DNA of 64,000 bases. It comes from an uncultured Bacilli bacterium. Lineage in GTDB: Bacteria; Bacillota_I; Bacilli_A; RF39; UBA660. Positions within the stretch are counted from its first letter, which is position 1; each line of letters starts with the position of its first letter. The translations under genes and the position numbers were made by a program. Where the stretch lies: positions 705 through 64,704 of the forward strand of contig CAKOXD010000001.1 in NCBI GenBank assembly GCA_934130005.1, in the 5' to 3' direction. This document shows, in pieces, positions 27,749-38,158 of the stretch. A model generated the notes under the pieces. It was given only the letters and a program-made list of their open reading frames with translations, ran no database searches and was not told the DNA's origin.

Positions 27749-27798
27749 AAAGGATTTTTAATTTTTTTGTCGTATATTATTACTAGGGAGTGTTTTTT

Positions 27799-29559
27799 AT
27801 GAATGAAGTAAAGAAACTTGACTATGATACAATTAATAATATTAAAAACAGTGTTGATATAGTTGATATTATTTCATCTTATATTCCACTTGTAAGTAGA
27901 GGAAAAAACTTATTTGGTGTTTGTCCATTTCACGATGATAATCATCCAAGTATGAGTGTATCAAGAGAAAAACAAATATATACATGCTTCTCTTGTGGAG
28001 CAACAGGAACTGTATTTACTTTCTTAGAAGAATATGAACACATAAGTTTTATAGAAGCAGTAAAAATATGTGCTTCAAAAGCTGGCATACCATTAAATAT
28101 AAAAGGAATAAAAGAAACAAATAAAGATAATAAACTATATGACGTTTATTCTATTGCAACTAAATTATATCAAAACAACATAAATACAAATAATGGGATT
28201 GAAGCTAAGAACTATTTAAAAGAAAGACAGATAAATGATGATATAATAAAAGAATTTAAAATTGGACTAGCTTTAAATGATAATAAATTGTCAAAACTTT
28301 TACTAAAAAAAGAATACGATGAAAAATTACTCATAAAAAGTGGTTTAATTGGAAAAAATGGAATTAATATTTTTGATTCATTTTATGATAGAATAATATT
28401 TCCTATTGAAGATTCTAGTGGTAAAGTGGTAGGATTCAGTGGAAGAATATATAAAAAATATAATGGTGAAGCACCTTCAAAATATAAAAATACAAAAGAA
28501 ACAGAAATATTTAAAAAAGGAGAAATTTTATATAACTTTATAAGAGCAAAAGAAGAAGCAAGAAAAAAAGGCAAAATAATTATAATGGAAGGCTTTATGG
28601 ACTTATTTAGAGCATATAGTGTAGGCATTAAAAATGTTGTAGTAAGCATGGGAACAGCGGTAACAAAAGAACAAGCAATATTACTTAAAAGAATTGCTAA
28701 AGACGTAATATTATGTTTTGATGGAGATAAAGCTGGAGAAAAAGCAACATATTCTTGTAGTAATGAATTATTGAGTTTGGGTATTACTCCTAAAATAGTA
28801 AGACTAGAAGATAATTTAGATCCGGATGAATATATTTTAAAATATGGAAAAGACAAATTTTTAAACAAAATAAATAATCCAATAAATGTAATGGACTTTA
28901 AAATGCATTACTTAAAGGAAAATAAAGATTTAAATAATAGTATAGATATGTCAAACTATGTAAATGAAATAATAGAAGAATTAAATAAAATAGATGACGA
29001 TATTTTAAAAGAAATAACAATAAAAAAAATAAGTAATGAATCTGGATTAGATATTGGTTTTATAAAAAGTAAAATAGAAAACAAAGAAGCTAAACCTGTA
29101 TTTAAAGAACCTGTAAAAAAAATAGATGAAAAAGTAAACATGTATATAAAAGCTGAACAATATCTTTTATATTACATGTTAAACAACATAGAGGTTATAA
29201 AAATGTATCAAAATAAAATAGGATATATGCCAACAGATAAATATCGTAAATTAGCATTTGAAATAAGCTATTTTTACAAAAATAATAATTATATAAATAT
29301 ATCTGATTTAATGGTTTCTTTAAATGATAACGAAGAAATTATCAATGTAATAAAAGAGATAAATCTTCTTAATTTAAAAGATGAATATAATGAAGAACAA
29401 ATAAATGATTATATAAATACAATAAAAAAATACAACATTAAATTCGAAAGTAAAAGATTAAAAGAATTAATGAAAATGGAATTAGATCCAACTAAAAAAG
29501 CAGAATATGCAGAAAAAATATTAGAAATAAATAAATTAAATTGTGAGGTAGGGGAATAA
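27799..29559 (+). CDS. dnaG: DNA primase
   Basis: Zinc ribbon [19 protein letters not shown] and Toprim motifs MEGFMD and DGDKAG. Confidence 0.93.
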   Translation: MNEVKKLDYDTINNIKNSVDIVDIISSYIPLVSRGKNLFGVCPFHDDNHPSMSVSREKQIYTCFSCGATGTVFTFLEEYEHISFIEAVKICASKAGIPLNIKGIKETNKDNKLYDVYSIATKLYQNNINTNNGIEAKNYLKERQINDDIIKEFKIGLALNDNKLSKLLLKKEYDEKLLIKSGLIGKNGINIFDSFYDRIIFPIEDSSGKVVGFSGRIYKKYNGEAPSKYKNTKETEIFKKGEILYNFIRAKEEARKKGKIIIMEGFMDLFRAYSVGIKNVVVSMGTAVTKEQAILLKRIAKDVILCFDGDKAGEKATYSCSNELLSLGITPKIVRLEDNLDPDEYILKYGKDKFLNKINNPINVMDFKMHYLKENKDLNNSIDMSNYVNEIIEELNKIDDDILKEITIKKISNESGLDIGFIKSKIENKEAKPVFKEPVKKIDEKVNMYIKAEQYLLYYMLNNIEVIKMYQNKIGYMPTDKYRKLAFEISYFYKNNNYINISDLMVSLNDNEEIINVIKEINLLNLKDEYNEEQINDYINTIKKYNIKFESKRLKELMKMELDPTKKAEYAEKILEINKLNCEVGE

Positions 29560-29560
29560 T

Positions 29561-30643
29561 ATGGTAAATGAAATAAAAACATTTGAACAAAGAAAAGAAG
29601 AACTATTAAAAAAAGGAAAAGAAAAGGGCACATTAACTTATGAAGAACTTGCTAATTCTTTAAAAGGATTAGAATTAACTAACGAAGAATTAGATGAACT
29701 TTATAACTTATTCAATGAAAATAATATTAAAATAGTATCAGATGATGAAGACGATGAAACAGACGATGGAAGTGAATTAATACTAGATGATAATATTTTA
29801 ACAAAAGATTTAACAATCAATGATCCAGTACGTATGTATCTAAAAGAAATAGGACAAATAAAATTACTTTCCATGGATGAAGAACTTAAATTAGCAGATA
29901 GAATTTTAGAAGGAGACGAAATGGCAAAAGCAGAACTTGCAGAAGCAAATTTACGTCTTGTAGTAAGTATTGCAAAAAGATATGTAGGACGTGGAATGTT
30001 ATTTCTAGATTTAATTCAAGAAGGAAATATAGGTCTTATGAAAGCAGTAGATAAATTTGATGTAACAAAAGGATATAAATTTTCTACATATGCTACATGG
30101 TGGATTAGACAAGCTATCACAAGAGCAATAGCAGACCAAGCAAGAACAATAAGAGTCCCTGTTCATATGGTAGAAACAATAAATAAATTAGCACGTATCC
30201 AAAGACAATTAACACTAGAATTAAATCGTGAACCATCAGAAGAAGAATTAGCAAAAAAAATGAATTTATCAGTAGATAAAATAAGAGATATCTATAAAAT
30301 AAGTCAAGAACCAGTTAGTTTAGATACACCAATTGGTGAAGAAGATGACTCTCATCTTGGAGATTTTATAAAAGATGAAAGAAATGTTAGTCCAGAAGAA
30401 TATGCTACAAATGAATTATTAAAAGATGAAATATCAGAAGTATTACAAACACTAACTGAAAGAGAAGAAAAGGTAATAAGACTTAGATTCGGTCTAGAAG
30501 ATGGTAAAAGTAGAACACTAGAAGAAGTTGGTCAAATGTTTGGCGTAACACGTGAAAGAATCAGACAAATAGAAGCAAAAGCCCTTAGAAAACTAAGACA
30601 TCCATCAAGATCAAGAAAATTAAAAGATTATATGGGTGATTAA
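29561..30643 (+). CDS. rpoD: Primary sigma factor (sigma-70/SigA)
   Basis: Contains region 2 ([16 protein letters not shown]) and region 4 ([20 protein letters not shown]). Confidence 0.95.
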   Translation: MVNEIKTFEQRKEELLKKGKEKGTLTYEELANSLKGLELTNEELDELYNLFNENNIKIVSDDEDDETDDGSELILDDNILTKDLTINDPVRMYLKEIGQIKLLSMDEELKLADRILEGDEMAKAELAEANLRLVVSIAKRYVGRGMLFLDLIQEGNIGLMKAVDKFDVTKGYKFSTYATWWIRQAITRAIADQARTIRVPVHMVETINKLARIQRQLTLELNREPSEEELAKKMNLSVDKIRDIYKISQEPVSLDTPIGEEDDSHLGDFIKDERNVSPEEYATNELLKDEISEVLQTLTEREEKVIRLRFGLEDGKSRTLEEVGQMFGVTRERIRQIEAKALRKLRHPSRSRKLKDYMGD

Positions 30644-31287
30644 TGAAGATTTCTAAAAGATTAGAAAAAATAATAACATTAGTAGAAGAAGATACTAATG
30701 TTATTGATGTTGGATGCGATCATGCATTAATTGATATATATTTAACTTTAAATAAAAAAAATACTTGTATAGCAACAGATATTAATAAAAACGCCTTAGA
30801 TATAGCAAAACAAAATATAAAAAAATATAAATTAGAAAATAAAATCAAAACCTATCTAACAGATGGATTAAAAAATATAAAAATTCCAGATAATAATACG
30901 ATTATTATATCTGGAATGGGTACAAACACAATATTAAAAATAGTTAAAGGCTATGAAAAACAAATAGATAATTTAATTATAGAATCAAATAATGATCACT
31001 ATTTATTAAGAAAAGAAATAGTAAAATTAGGTTTTTATATTGATGAAGAATTAATAGTGAAAGATAGAAAAAAATACTATGTTATAATCAGATTTAAAAA
31101 AAGTTATAAAAAATATAAAAAATTTGAATATCTATTTGGAACTAAGTTAGATAATTTAGAATATATAGAATATTTAATTAATAAAAACAAAACTATAATT
31201 AATAAATTACCTAAAAAAAATATAATACAAAAATTAAAACTAAAAAGTGAAATAAATTATTTAAAAAAATTTATAAAAAGAAAGTAG
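30643..31287 (+). CDS. trmK: tRNA (adenine22-N1)-methyltransferase
   Basis: Contains VIDVGCDHALIDIYL. It lies after dnaG-rpoD, as in Bacillus. Confidence 0.8.
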   Translation: MKISKRLEKIITLVEEDTNVIDVGCDHALIDIYLTLNKKNTCIATDINKNALDIAKQNIKKYKLENKIKTYLTDGLKNIKIPDNNTIIISGMGTNTILKIVKGYEKQIDNLIIESNNDHYLLRKEIVKLGFYIDEELIVKDRKKYYVIIRFKKSYKKYKKFEYLFGTKLDNLEYIEYLINKNKTIINKLPKKNIIQKLKLKSEINYLKKFIKRK

Positions 31288-31630
31288 GGCCATTATTTAA
31301 ATTATATGATTGTTTTACTTCTTCAACTTCATTTTCTAAAGAAGAAACTTTACTATTTACAGTATTGTTTTTTTTATTTGGTTTGCTATCTACACGTTTA
31401 AATTCGTTCATAACTTTAAACATTGTTTTAGCATTTTTTACAATAGGAGTTGCTTGTTTAACAAGTGGAATAGTTTGATTTACAATACCAAGTGTTTTTT
31501 GAGTTCCAGATAAAATTGATCCAAAATTAATACCTCTAACACCACCTAATAATCTTGCAAAAATTCCAGGTTTAGCAACTTGACTTGTCATGTAAGGATA
31601 CATTCCAAAATAAGGGTTATAATAATTCAT
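31271..31630 (-). CDS. YqfQ/VrrA-like small protein
   Basis: Has a Y/P-rich N-terminus, then GINFGSILSGTQKTLGIVNQTIPLVKQ. Confidence 0.5.
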   Translation of the reverse strand: MNYYNPYFGMYPYMTSQVAKPGIFARLLGGVRGINFGSILSGTQKTLGIVNQTIPLVKQATPIVKNAKTMFKVMNEFKRVDSKPNKKNNTVNSKVSSLENEVEEVKQSYNLNNGPTFFL

Positions 31631-31677
31631 ATAAAGTACTCCTTTCTAAAATATTATATGTTTTTATCTAAAATTGT

Positions 31678-31705
31678 TTTACATTTAAAAAAAATATGTT
31701 ATAAT
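31678..31705 (+). promoter_or_regulatory. Putative sigma-A promoter with an extended -10, upstream of the pilC-pilD-pilin operon
   Basis: TTTACA, a 16-nt spacer, then TGtTATAAT. Confidence 0.45.
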
Positions 31706-31736
31706 TTATTATAGTAATAATAATAAGGGAGAATGG

Positions 31737-33725
31737 ATGGTGTTTTACATGAAAAATGAAAATAAAAATAAATCTAATTTTTCAATTGTAAAATTATTTT
31801 TCTATCCAATTAAAGGTCTTTACTTTATATTATATTTAATATATTCATTCTTTAAATACTCATTTAAAGGACTAGAATGCTTATTAAGTATTAACTTTTC
31901 AATTATAAAGAAAGCTTTATATGGAATACTATTTATATGTGTTTGTATATTTGATATATTTAAATTAATAGGTAAAACTATATTAAAACCTTTTAAGAAA
32001 AAGAAAGTAAAAAATAAAAAAACGGTTAAAATAGAAAAAGATACAAAACAAGAAAGTAAAAAAGAAAAAGTAAAAAAAATAAAAAAGAAAAAAGAAGAAA
32101 ATAAAGATGTAATTAATAAAAAAGAATTAAAAAAACAACAAATAGAAGAATTAGCTAAAAATTTTATAGAGCAAAAAGAAAAAGAAAAACAAGAAAAAGA
32201 AAGATTACTTGAAATTAAAAATAAGAAAAAACAAGAAGAGCAAAAAGAAAAGAAAGAAAGATTACGTAAGAAAAAAATAAATGAAGAAGCATATGTTAAT
32301 GAAAATGTTAAAATAGAAAAACCAACTATAAGTATGCAAATAAAAAATCTATTCAAAAAAATAGGTATGGTATTTGTATCAATTGGTTCTAAAATAACAA
32401 ATAACTCTTTTTCTAAAAATAGAAGAAATAAAAAAGATATGAAGCGTCAAGCATTACTTATAGATTTTGAAGGTGAAGACGCTAAAAAATCCGAAAAAAA
32501 ATTATTATATGAATATGTAGCAAAAGATAAAAATGGAAAAATAATAAAAGATTACTTTAATGCTTATTCTAAAGTAGAAGTTCATTCTTATTTACTTAGC
32601 GAAGGTTATGAAGTATATAGTATAAAAACTAATAAATTTATTCAATTTTTCCATAAAAATAGTAATACAAATAAAACAAGATTTAAAAACAAAGATCTTA
32701 TATTCTTTTTAACACAATTGTCAACTTATATTAAAGCAGGTATTCCATTAGTTGAATCACTTAGAATAATATCAAGACAATATAAGAAAAAAGCATATCA
32801 AAAAATATTTAGATCAGTAATTTATGAATTAACTATAGGAGAAAACTTTAGTTCAGCTATGGAAAAACAAAACGTTGCTTTTCCTAAATTACTTATAAAC
32901 ATGGTTAAAACAGCTGAAATGACAGGTTCGCTTCCAGAAGTATTAGATGATATGGCAAATTATTATACAGAAGCCGAAGAAACCAGAAAACAAATGGTAA
33001 CAGCTATGACATATCCTACAATTGTATTTTTATTTGCTATTGCTGTTATGATTTTCATAATGGTATATGTAGTACCACAATTTGTTGAAATATTTGAAAC
33101 AATGGATACAAAATTACCTGGTATTACACTTATGATATTAAATTTAAGTTCATTCTTAACACATTATTATATTTTCATAATAATAGCTGTCGTAGCATTC
33201 GTTACATTATTTATCGTTAGCTATAAAAAAATAAGAGGATTTAGAACAATGTGTCAATGGATAATGATGCATATACCAATTATAAATAACACTATCATTT
33301 ATAATGAAGTTACAATGTTTACAAAAACATTCTCATCATTATTAGCTCATAATGTTCCAATAACTGATTGTATGGAAATATTAAATAAAATAACAAATAA
33401 TGAAATTTATAAAATGCTTATTTTAGATACTATTACTAACTTAGCAAGAGGTGGTAAAATATCTGATGCATTTAAAGATCATTGGGCTTTTCCAGTTCCA
33501 GCTTATGAAATGATTGTAACTGGAGAAATGACTGGTGAATTAGCAGAAATGATGGGTAAAGTATCATCATATTATCAAAATTTACATAAAAACTCAGTTA
33601 CAAGAATTAAAACATTTATTGAACCAGCACTTACTATTTTCTTAACATTTGGAGTTGGTGTAATCTTATTATCAATTATTGTACCAATGTTTAGTATGTA
33701 TTCTGCAGTTCAAGAAATGGGATAG
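31737..33725 (+). CDS. pilC: Type IV pilus / T2SS platform protein (GspF/PilC family) with an N-terminal extension of about 250 aa
   Basis: The two GspF repeats start near LYEYVAKDKNGK. The N-terminal extension has two TM helices and a long K/E-rich tract. Confidence 0.85.
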   Translation: MVFYMKNENKNKSNFSIVKLFFYPIKGLYFILYLIYSFFKYSFKGLECLLSINFSIIKKALYGILFICVCIFDIFKLIGKTILKPFKKKKVKNKKTVKIEKDTKQESKKEKVKKIKKKKEENKDVINKKELKKQQIEELAKNFIEQKEKEKQEKERLLEIKNKKKQEEQKEKKERLRKKKINEEAYVNENVKIEKPTISMQIKNLFKKIGMVFVSIGSKITNNSFSKNRRNKKDMKRQALLIDFEGEDAKKSEKKLLYEYVAKDKNGKIIKDYFNAYSKVEVHSYLLSEGYEVYSIKTNKFIQFFHKNSNTNKTRFKNKDLIFFLTQLSTYIKAGIPLVESLRIISRQYKKKAYQKIFRSVIYELTIGENFSSAMEKQNVAFPKLLINMVKTAEMTGSLPEVLDDMANYYTEAEETRKQMVTAMTYPTIVFLFAIAVMIFIMVYVVPQFVEIFETMDTKLPGITLMILNLSSFLTHYYIFIIIAVVAFVTLFIVSYKKIRGFRTMCQWIMMHIPIINNTIIYNEVTMFTKTFSSLLAHNVPITDCMEILNKITNNEIYKMLILDTITNLARGGKISDAFKDHWAFPVPAYEMIVTGEMTGELAEMMGKVSSYYQNLHKNSVTRIKTFIEPALTIFLTFGVGVILLSIIVPMFSMYSAVQEMG

Positions 33726-33734
33726 GAGAGAAGT

Positions 33735-34502
33735 ATGGAAATATATTATGCAATTGTTTTCTTCATTTTTGGCACAATTTTAGGTTCATTTTATAATGTA
33801 GTTGGTTATAGACTTCCAAGAGGAGAATCAATTGCCTTTCCAGCTAGCCACTGTACCAAATGTGGACATAAACTTACACCATTTGAACTAATTCCAATAA
33901 TATCTTTTTTACTACAAAAAGGTAGATGTACTAAATGTGGCGATAAAATATCATGGTTTTATACAATATTTGAATTTGCAACAGGAATTCTTTTTGCTAT
34001 TTCATATTTAGTATTTGGAATATCAATAGATTTATTAATAGTACTAACATTTATATCTATGCTTTTAATAGTAATAATAAGCGATTATCAAACTATGATT
34101 ATTCCTGATGAATTATTAATTACTACAGTTATATTATTGATGATAGAAATATTTTTAAAAAGTGGTATAACCGGATTATTAACATCACTACTAAACGGAT
34201 TAATAATGTTTACTATTATGTTTTTAATAAAAAAAATAGGTGATTTTATATTTAAAAAAGAATCAATGGGTGGTGGAGACATAAAACTTATGTTTATATA
34301 TGGTATGGTCTTAGGGTGGCCTACATCATGTATATCTATTTGCTTCGCATCATTTATAGGATTACCTGTATCATTAATATTAATAAAAAAATTAAAAAAT
34401 CACGAAATACCATTTGGACCATTTTTAGCAATTTCAGCAATTATAATGGTACTATTTAAAATAGATTTCAATTGGGTTTTAAATTTACTAAGTGAAATAT
34501 AA
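33735..34502 (+). CDS. pilD: Prepilin peptidase (A24 family)
   Basis: Contains the zinc-finger pairs CTKCGH and CTKCGD and the catalytic-Asp contexts IISDYQ and GGGDIKLM. Confidence 0.9.
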   Translation: MEIYYAIVFFIFGTILGSFYNVVGYRLPRGESIAFPASHCTKCGHKLTPFELIPIISFLLQKGRCTKCGDKISWFYTIFEFATGILFAISYLVFGISIDLLIVLTFISMLLIVIISDYQTMIIPDELLITTVILLMIEIFLKSGITGLLTSLLNGLIMFTIMFLIKKIGDFIFKKESMGGGDIKLMFIYGMVLGWPTSCISICFASFIGLPVSLILIKKLKNHEIPFGPFLAISAIIMVLFKIDFNWVLNLLSEI

Positions 34503-34538
34503 ATCTTAAATTTATATTTTTTTAAAGGAGAGAATATT

Positions 34539-34988
34539 ATGAAGAAAAATTTCAAAATTATAATGACCATTATAATAACTGCTATTATTTGTACAAGTGG
34601 AACAGTATATGCTGTATCATACATGGCTAAAGATATTAAGTATAAAGATAAAACTGTAGAAGATGCTCTAAATGAATTATATAGTAATTCAAATAATTCT
34701 ATCAGTAATGAAGATTTAGCAAAAATACTAAATGAAAAAGAGTTTAAGGGAATAAGTTCTGCTAATTCAACAATGACTGTAACTAAAGGAAAATATTATA
34801 TTATTTCATATGCTAGAATAAATAGTAATAGTGAAACAACAATTACATCAGGTGCTGAAGTATTAAAGCAAAGCGATTCATTTACTGGCGGTAGTAATTC
34901 TTTACGTATATATTTAGTAAAAGCTACTGATTCAAAAATTACATTTTCAGTAAAAACTGGGAATATTGTAACATATATCGAATTATAA
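34539..34988 (+). CDS. Secreted protein with a conserved N-terminal KDIKYKDKTVEDALNELYS module and a variable beta-rich C-terminus
   Basis: It has a Sec-type signal peptide ending TVYA. Its first ~50 residues are paralogous to those of 35508..35948. Confidence 0.6.
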   Translation: MKKNFKIIMTIIITAIICTSGTVYAVSYMAKDIKYKDKTVEDALNELYSNSNNSISNEDLAKILNEKEFKGISSANSTMTVTKGKYYIISYARINSNSETTITSGAEVLKQSDSFTGGSNSLRIYLVKATDSKITFSVKTGNIVTYIEL

Positions 34989-35007
34989 TCTTTAAGGAGA
35001 GAATATT

Positions 35008-35499
35008 ATGAAAAAAAGAGGTTTTACATTAATAGAACTATTAGCAGTTATAGTGATATTAGCAATTATCGCATTAATCGCAACACCAATAATATTAAAC
35101 ATGATAAATAATGCAAGAAAAAGTGCAGCAGTAGATAGTGCATACGGATATATAGAAGCAGTTGAATATAATAATTCAATGAATATGATAAACAAAGATA
35201 AATATCCATTAATAGAAGATGGAGAAGATATTGATATAAGTACAATAACAAATATAAATATTAAAGGAACAAAACCTGATAGTGGTAAAATATCAATAAG
35301 TAAAAAAAGAGTAGTTAGTGCATCATTATGTATAAGTGGATATACTGTAGAATATGACTCTAAAAAAGCAGAAGCCATAGGTAAATGTAATGAAACAAGT
35401 GATAAAATTGATTCCTCAAACGTATCATTTACTCCAAGTGATTCTAGTTGGAATGTAAATACAGTCGAAGAAGCACTTAATTATTTATATGAGAATTAG
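35008..35499 (+). CDS. Type IV pilin (class III signal peptide), probably the major pilin
   Basis: Begins MKKRGFTLIELLAVIVILAIIALIATP. It has a C-terminal Cys pair and ends NVNTVEEALNYLYEN. Confidence 0.88.
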   Translation: MKKRGFTLIELLAVIVILAIIALIATPIILNMINNARKSAAVDSAYGYIEAVEYNNSMNMINKDKYPLIEDGEDIDISTITNINIKGTKPDSGKISISKKRVVSASLCISGYTVEYDSKKAEAIGKCNETSDKIDSSNVSFTPSDSSWNVNTVEEALNYLYEN

Positions 35500-35507
35500 G
35501 TGATATA

Positions 35508-35948
35508 ATGAAAAAAATAAACAAAAACTTCATATTTGGAATATTAATTGGATTATTATTAAGTACAGTCACTGTATATGCTGCAAATACTTACTTAGCA
35601 AGTAATATAAAATATAAAAACACAAACGTAGAAGATGCTTTAAATGAATTATACAGTAGTAATTGTATAAATGGATCTTTTGAGCATATATCAAATACAC
35701 AAATTAATTATAAATTTAAATTTGTACCAAGCAAATTAATAGCAACATTTAATTTATCTGGTGGTAAAGTTATAATATTTTATTCTAAAGAATATGATGG
35801 TACACTTCGTAGTATTTCTACATATAATCCAAGCATAATATCTGAATCTGGAATATTTATAGAAAATGATACTATTAAAAGTGAAATTTCAAATACATAT
35901 ATCACTTATAAAGAACAATATAATGTTAATTATACAATTTGCAAATAA
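35508..35948 (+). CDS. Secreted protein with a conserved N-terminal SNIKYKNTNVEDALNELYS module and a variable C-terminus
   Basis: It has a signal peptide ending TVYA. Its N-terminal module matches that of 34539..34988. Confidence 0.6.
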   Translation: MKKINKNFIFGILIGLLLSTVTVYAANTYLASNIKYKNTNVEDALNELYSSNCINGSFEHISNTQINYKFKFVPSKLIATFNLSGGKVIIFYSKEYDGTLRSISTYNPSIISESGIFIENDTIKSEISNTYITYKEQYNVNYTICK

Positions 35949-35976
35949 CAAAAAAGAGCTACTTATGTAACTCTTT

Positions 35977-37185
35977 TTATAATATTTCATCTATTCTTTC
36001 ATATATACTTTTTAAACTTCTTTCATATTTGCTTGTTTCTTTAGGTATATAATATTTTTTACCTTTTAAGTTATTTGGCAAATACTGTTGTTTTACAATG
36101 CTATTTGGATAATCATGAGGGTATTTATAATCTGGAGAATTTGTTTTAATATGATCAGGTATATTACCAATATTACCTTTATAAATATCATTTAAAGCAT
36201 TATCTAAAGCAACGTGACCACTATTTGATTTAGGAGATAAAGCCATCTCTATTATCATATCACCTAAAGGAATTCTTGCTTCTGGAAGTCCCAATCTTTC
36301 ACAGGCGTTAATACATGCATCAACTTTAGGTCCAATAGATGGATTAGCAAGTCCAATATCTTCATATGCAATAACAGTCATTCTTCTATATATGATATCC
36401 AAATCACCAGCATCTATAAGTCTAGCTAAATAGTGAAGTGATGCATTAACATCACTACCTCTAATAGATTTTTGAAAAGCACTAATATTATCATAATGTC
36501 CACTCTCATCATTGTCATAAAAAGATACAGGCCTATTATTAATATTTTTTATAACATCTAAAGTAATATGAAAATCGTTAGTAGAATAATAAGCAACTTC
36601 AATTAAATTATATGCATATCTAACATCACCATTTGATAATTTAGCAATATATTCTATAACATTCTCATCAATTTTAAGATTTTCTAAATAATTTCCTTTA
36701 ATAACCTTATTAATAGCTTTAATAACTTCATCATTGCTTAAAGATTTAAGTTCAAAAATTTGACATCTACTTCTAATAGCAGGATTAATTTTGTGATATG
36801 GATTAGAGGTAGTCATACCAATTAAAGTTATTAAACCACTTTCTAAATAAGGAAGTAATAAATCTTGTTTATCTTTATTTAATCTATGAATTTCATCCAT
36901 TAAAACAACTAAACCATTATACATTTTAGCTTCTTCAATTACGATATCAAAATCTTTTTTATTATTAATAACAGCATTAAGCATCCTATATCTTAAATTT
37001 AATTCATTTACAATAGCAAGAGCTAATGTAGTTTTACCAATACCAGGATTTCCATATAAAATCATAGAAAATATTTTTTTATTATTAACCAGATTTCTAA
37101 TCACTTTATTTTCACCAATTAAATGACTTTGTCCAATAACATCATCTAATTTTTCAGGTCTTAATTTAATTGCTAAAGGTTTCAT
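35977..37185 (-). CDS. rarA: Replication-associated recombination protein A (AAA+)
   Basis: Contains MKPLAIKLRP, Walker A (GNPGIGKTT) and the MgsA C-terminal domain. Confidence 0.92.
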   Translation of the reverse strand: MKPLAIKLRPEKLDDVIGQSHLIGENKVIRNLVNNKKIFSMILYGNPGIGKTTLALAIVNELNLRYRMLNAVINNKKDFDIVIEEAKMYNGLVVLMDEIHRLNKDKQDLLLPYLESGLITLIGMTTSNPYHKINPAIRSRCQIFELKSLSNDEVIKAINKVIKGNYLENLKIDENVIEYIAKLSNGDVRYAYNLIEVAYYSTNDFHITLDVIKNINNRPVSFYDNDESGHYDNISAFQKSIRGSDVNASLHYLARLIDAGDLDIIYRRMTVIAYEDIGLANPSIGPKVDACINACERLGLPEARIPLGDMIIEMALSPKSNSGHVALDNALNDIYKGNIGNIPDHIKTNSPDYKYPHDYPNSIVKQQYLPNNLKGKKYYIPKETSKYERSLKSIYERIDEIL

Positions 37186-37282
37186 AACATCACCTATACA
37201 TATTTTAACATAATTAATAAAAAAAACATAAAAAAAGAAGCAAAAACTTTAAATATTTGATATAATTAAAAGGGTAGATAAT

Positions 37283-38146
37283 ATGGAATATATAGAAGAA
37301 TATATAAAATATTTACTTATAGATAAAAAATATAGTGATAACACAATTAAATCATATAAAAATGATTTATGCGAATTATATAATTTTTATAAAAATAAGG
37401 ATATAACTAAATTAGAAAAAAAACATTTACTAAAGTTTATAGAAGATGCTAAAAAAACAAGAAATGAAAAAACAATATCCCATTTTATTACAGTATTTAG
37501 AGGATTTTATAAATATTTAGTAATAGAAGAAGTAATAAAAGAAAGTAAAGCAGATAATTTAATACTTCCAAAGATAAAAAAAACACTTCCTAGAGTATTA
37601 TCTGTTGAAGAAGTAGATAACCTATTAAATATACCATTAAACAATAAATATGATTATAGAAATAAAGCAATGTTAGAACTTATGTATTCAACAGGAATCA
37701 GAATAAGTGAACTAATTAATATTAAAATTCATGATTTAAATATTAATAACTGTACTTTAAAAATAATGGGTAAAGGAAATAAAGAAAGAATAATACCAGT
37801 AGGAGATTATGCTTTAAAATATTTAACAATCTATATAGAAAACTATAGAAAAGAATTTATCAAAAAAAATACAGATTATTTATTCTTATCAACACACGGT
37901 ACATTAATGACAAGACAAGCATTTTTTAGAATTGTAAAAAAAATAGCAAAAGAGAAAAATATAAAAACAGAATTCTCACCACATACATTAAGACATAGTT
38001 TTGCTACTCATATGTTAGAAAATGGAGCAGATTTAAGAAGTATACAAGAGTTACTTGGACACTCAAGTCTTTCAACAACACAAATATATACAAATGTATC
38101 AAATAAATTTATAAAAGAAAATTATAAAAAACACCCACATAGTTAA
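37283..38146 (+). CDS. xerD: Tyrosine recombinase XerD
   Basis: Contains the R...HTLRHSFATHML...LGHSSLSTTQIYT catalytic signature. Its size and synteny with deoB match Bacillus ripX. Confidence 0.88.
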   Translation: MEYIEEYIKYLLIDKKYSDNTIKSYKNDLCELYNFYKNKDITKLEKKHLLKFIEDAKKTRNEKTISHFITVFRGFYKYLVIEEVIKESKADNLILPKIKKTLPRVLSVEEVDNLLNIPLNNKYDYRNKAMLELMYSTGIRISELINIKIHDLNINNCTLKIMGKGNKERIIPVGDYALKYLTIYIENYRKEFIKKNTDYLFLSTHGTLMTRQAFFRIVKKIAKEKNIKTEFSPHTLRHSFATHMLENGADLRSIQELLGHSSLSTTQIYTNVSNKFIKENYKKHPHS

Positions 38147-38158
38147 AGGAGGAATAAA

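Noticed and set aside
32000-32300. Low-complexity AAAGAAAAA-type DNA repeats as a possible tandem repeat locus.
   Set aside because: They are imperfect and simply encode the K/E-rich tract of the PilC extension. There is no regular repeat unit.
37283-38146. Tyrosine recombinase as the integrase of a mobile element carrying the 842-aa ORF.
   Set aside because: The sequence, length and position next to deoB fit chromosomal XerD. I saw no flanking direct repeats or att-like duplications.
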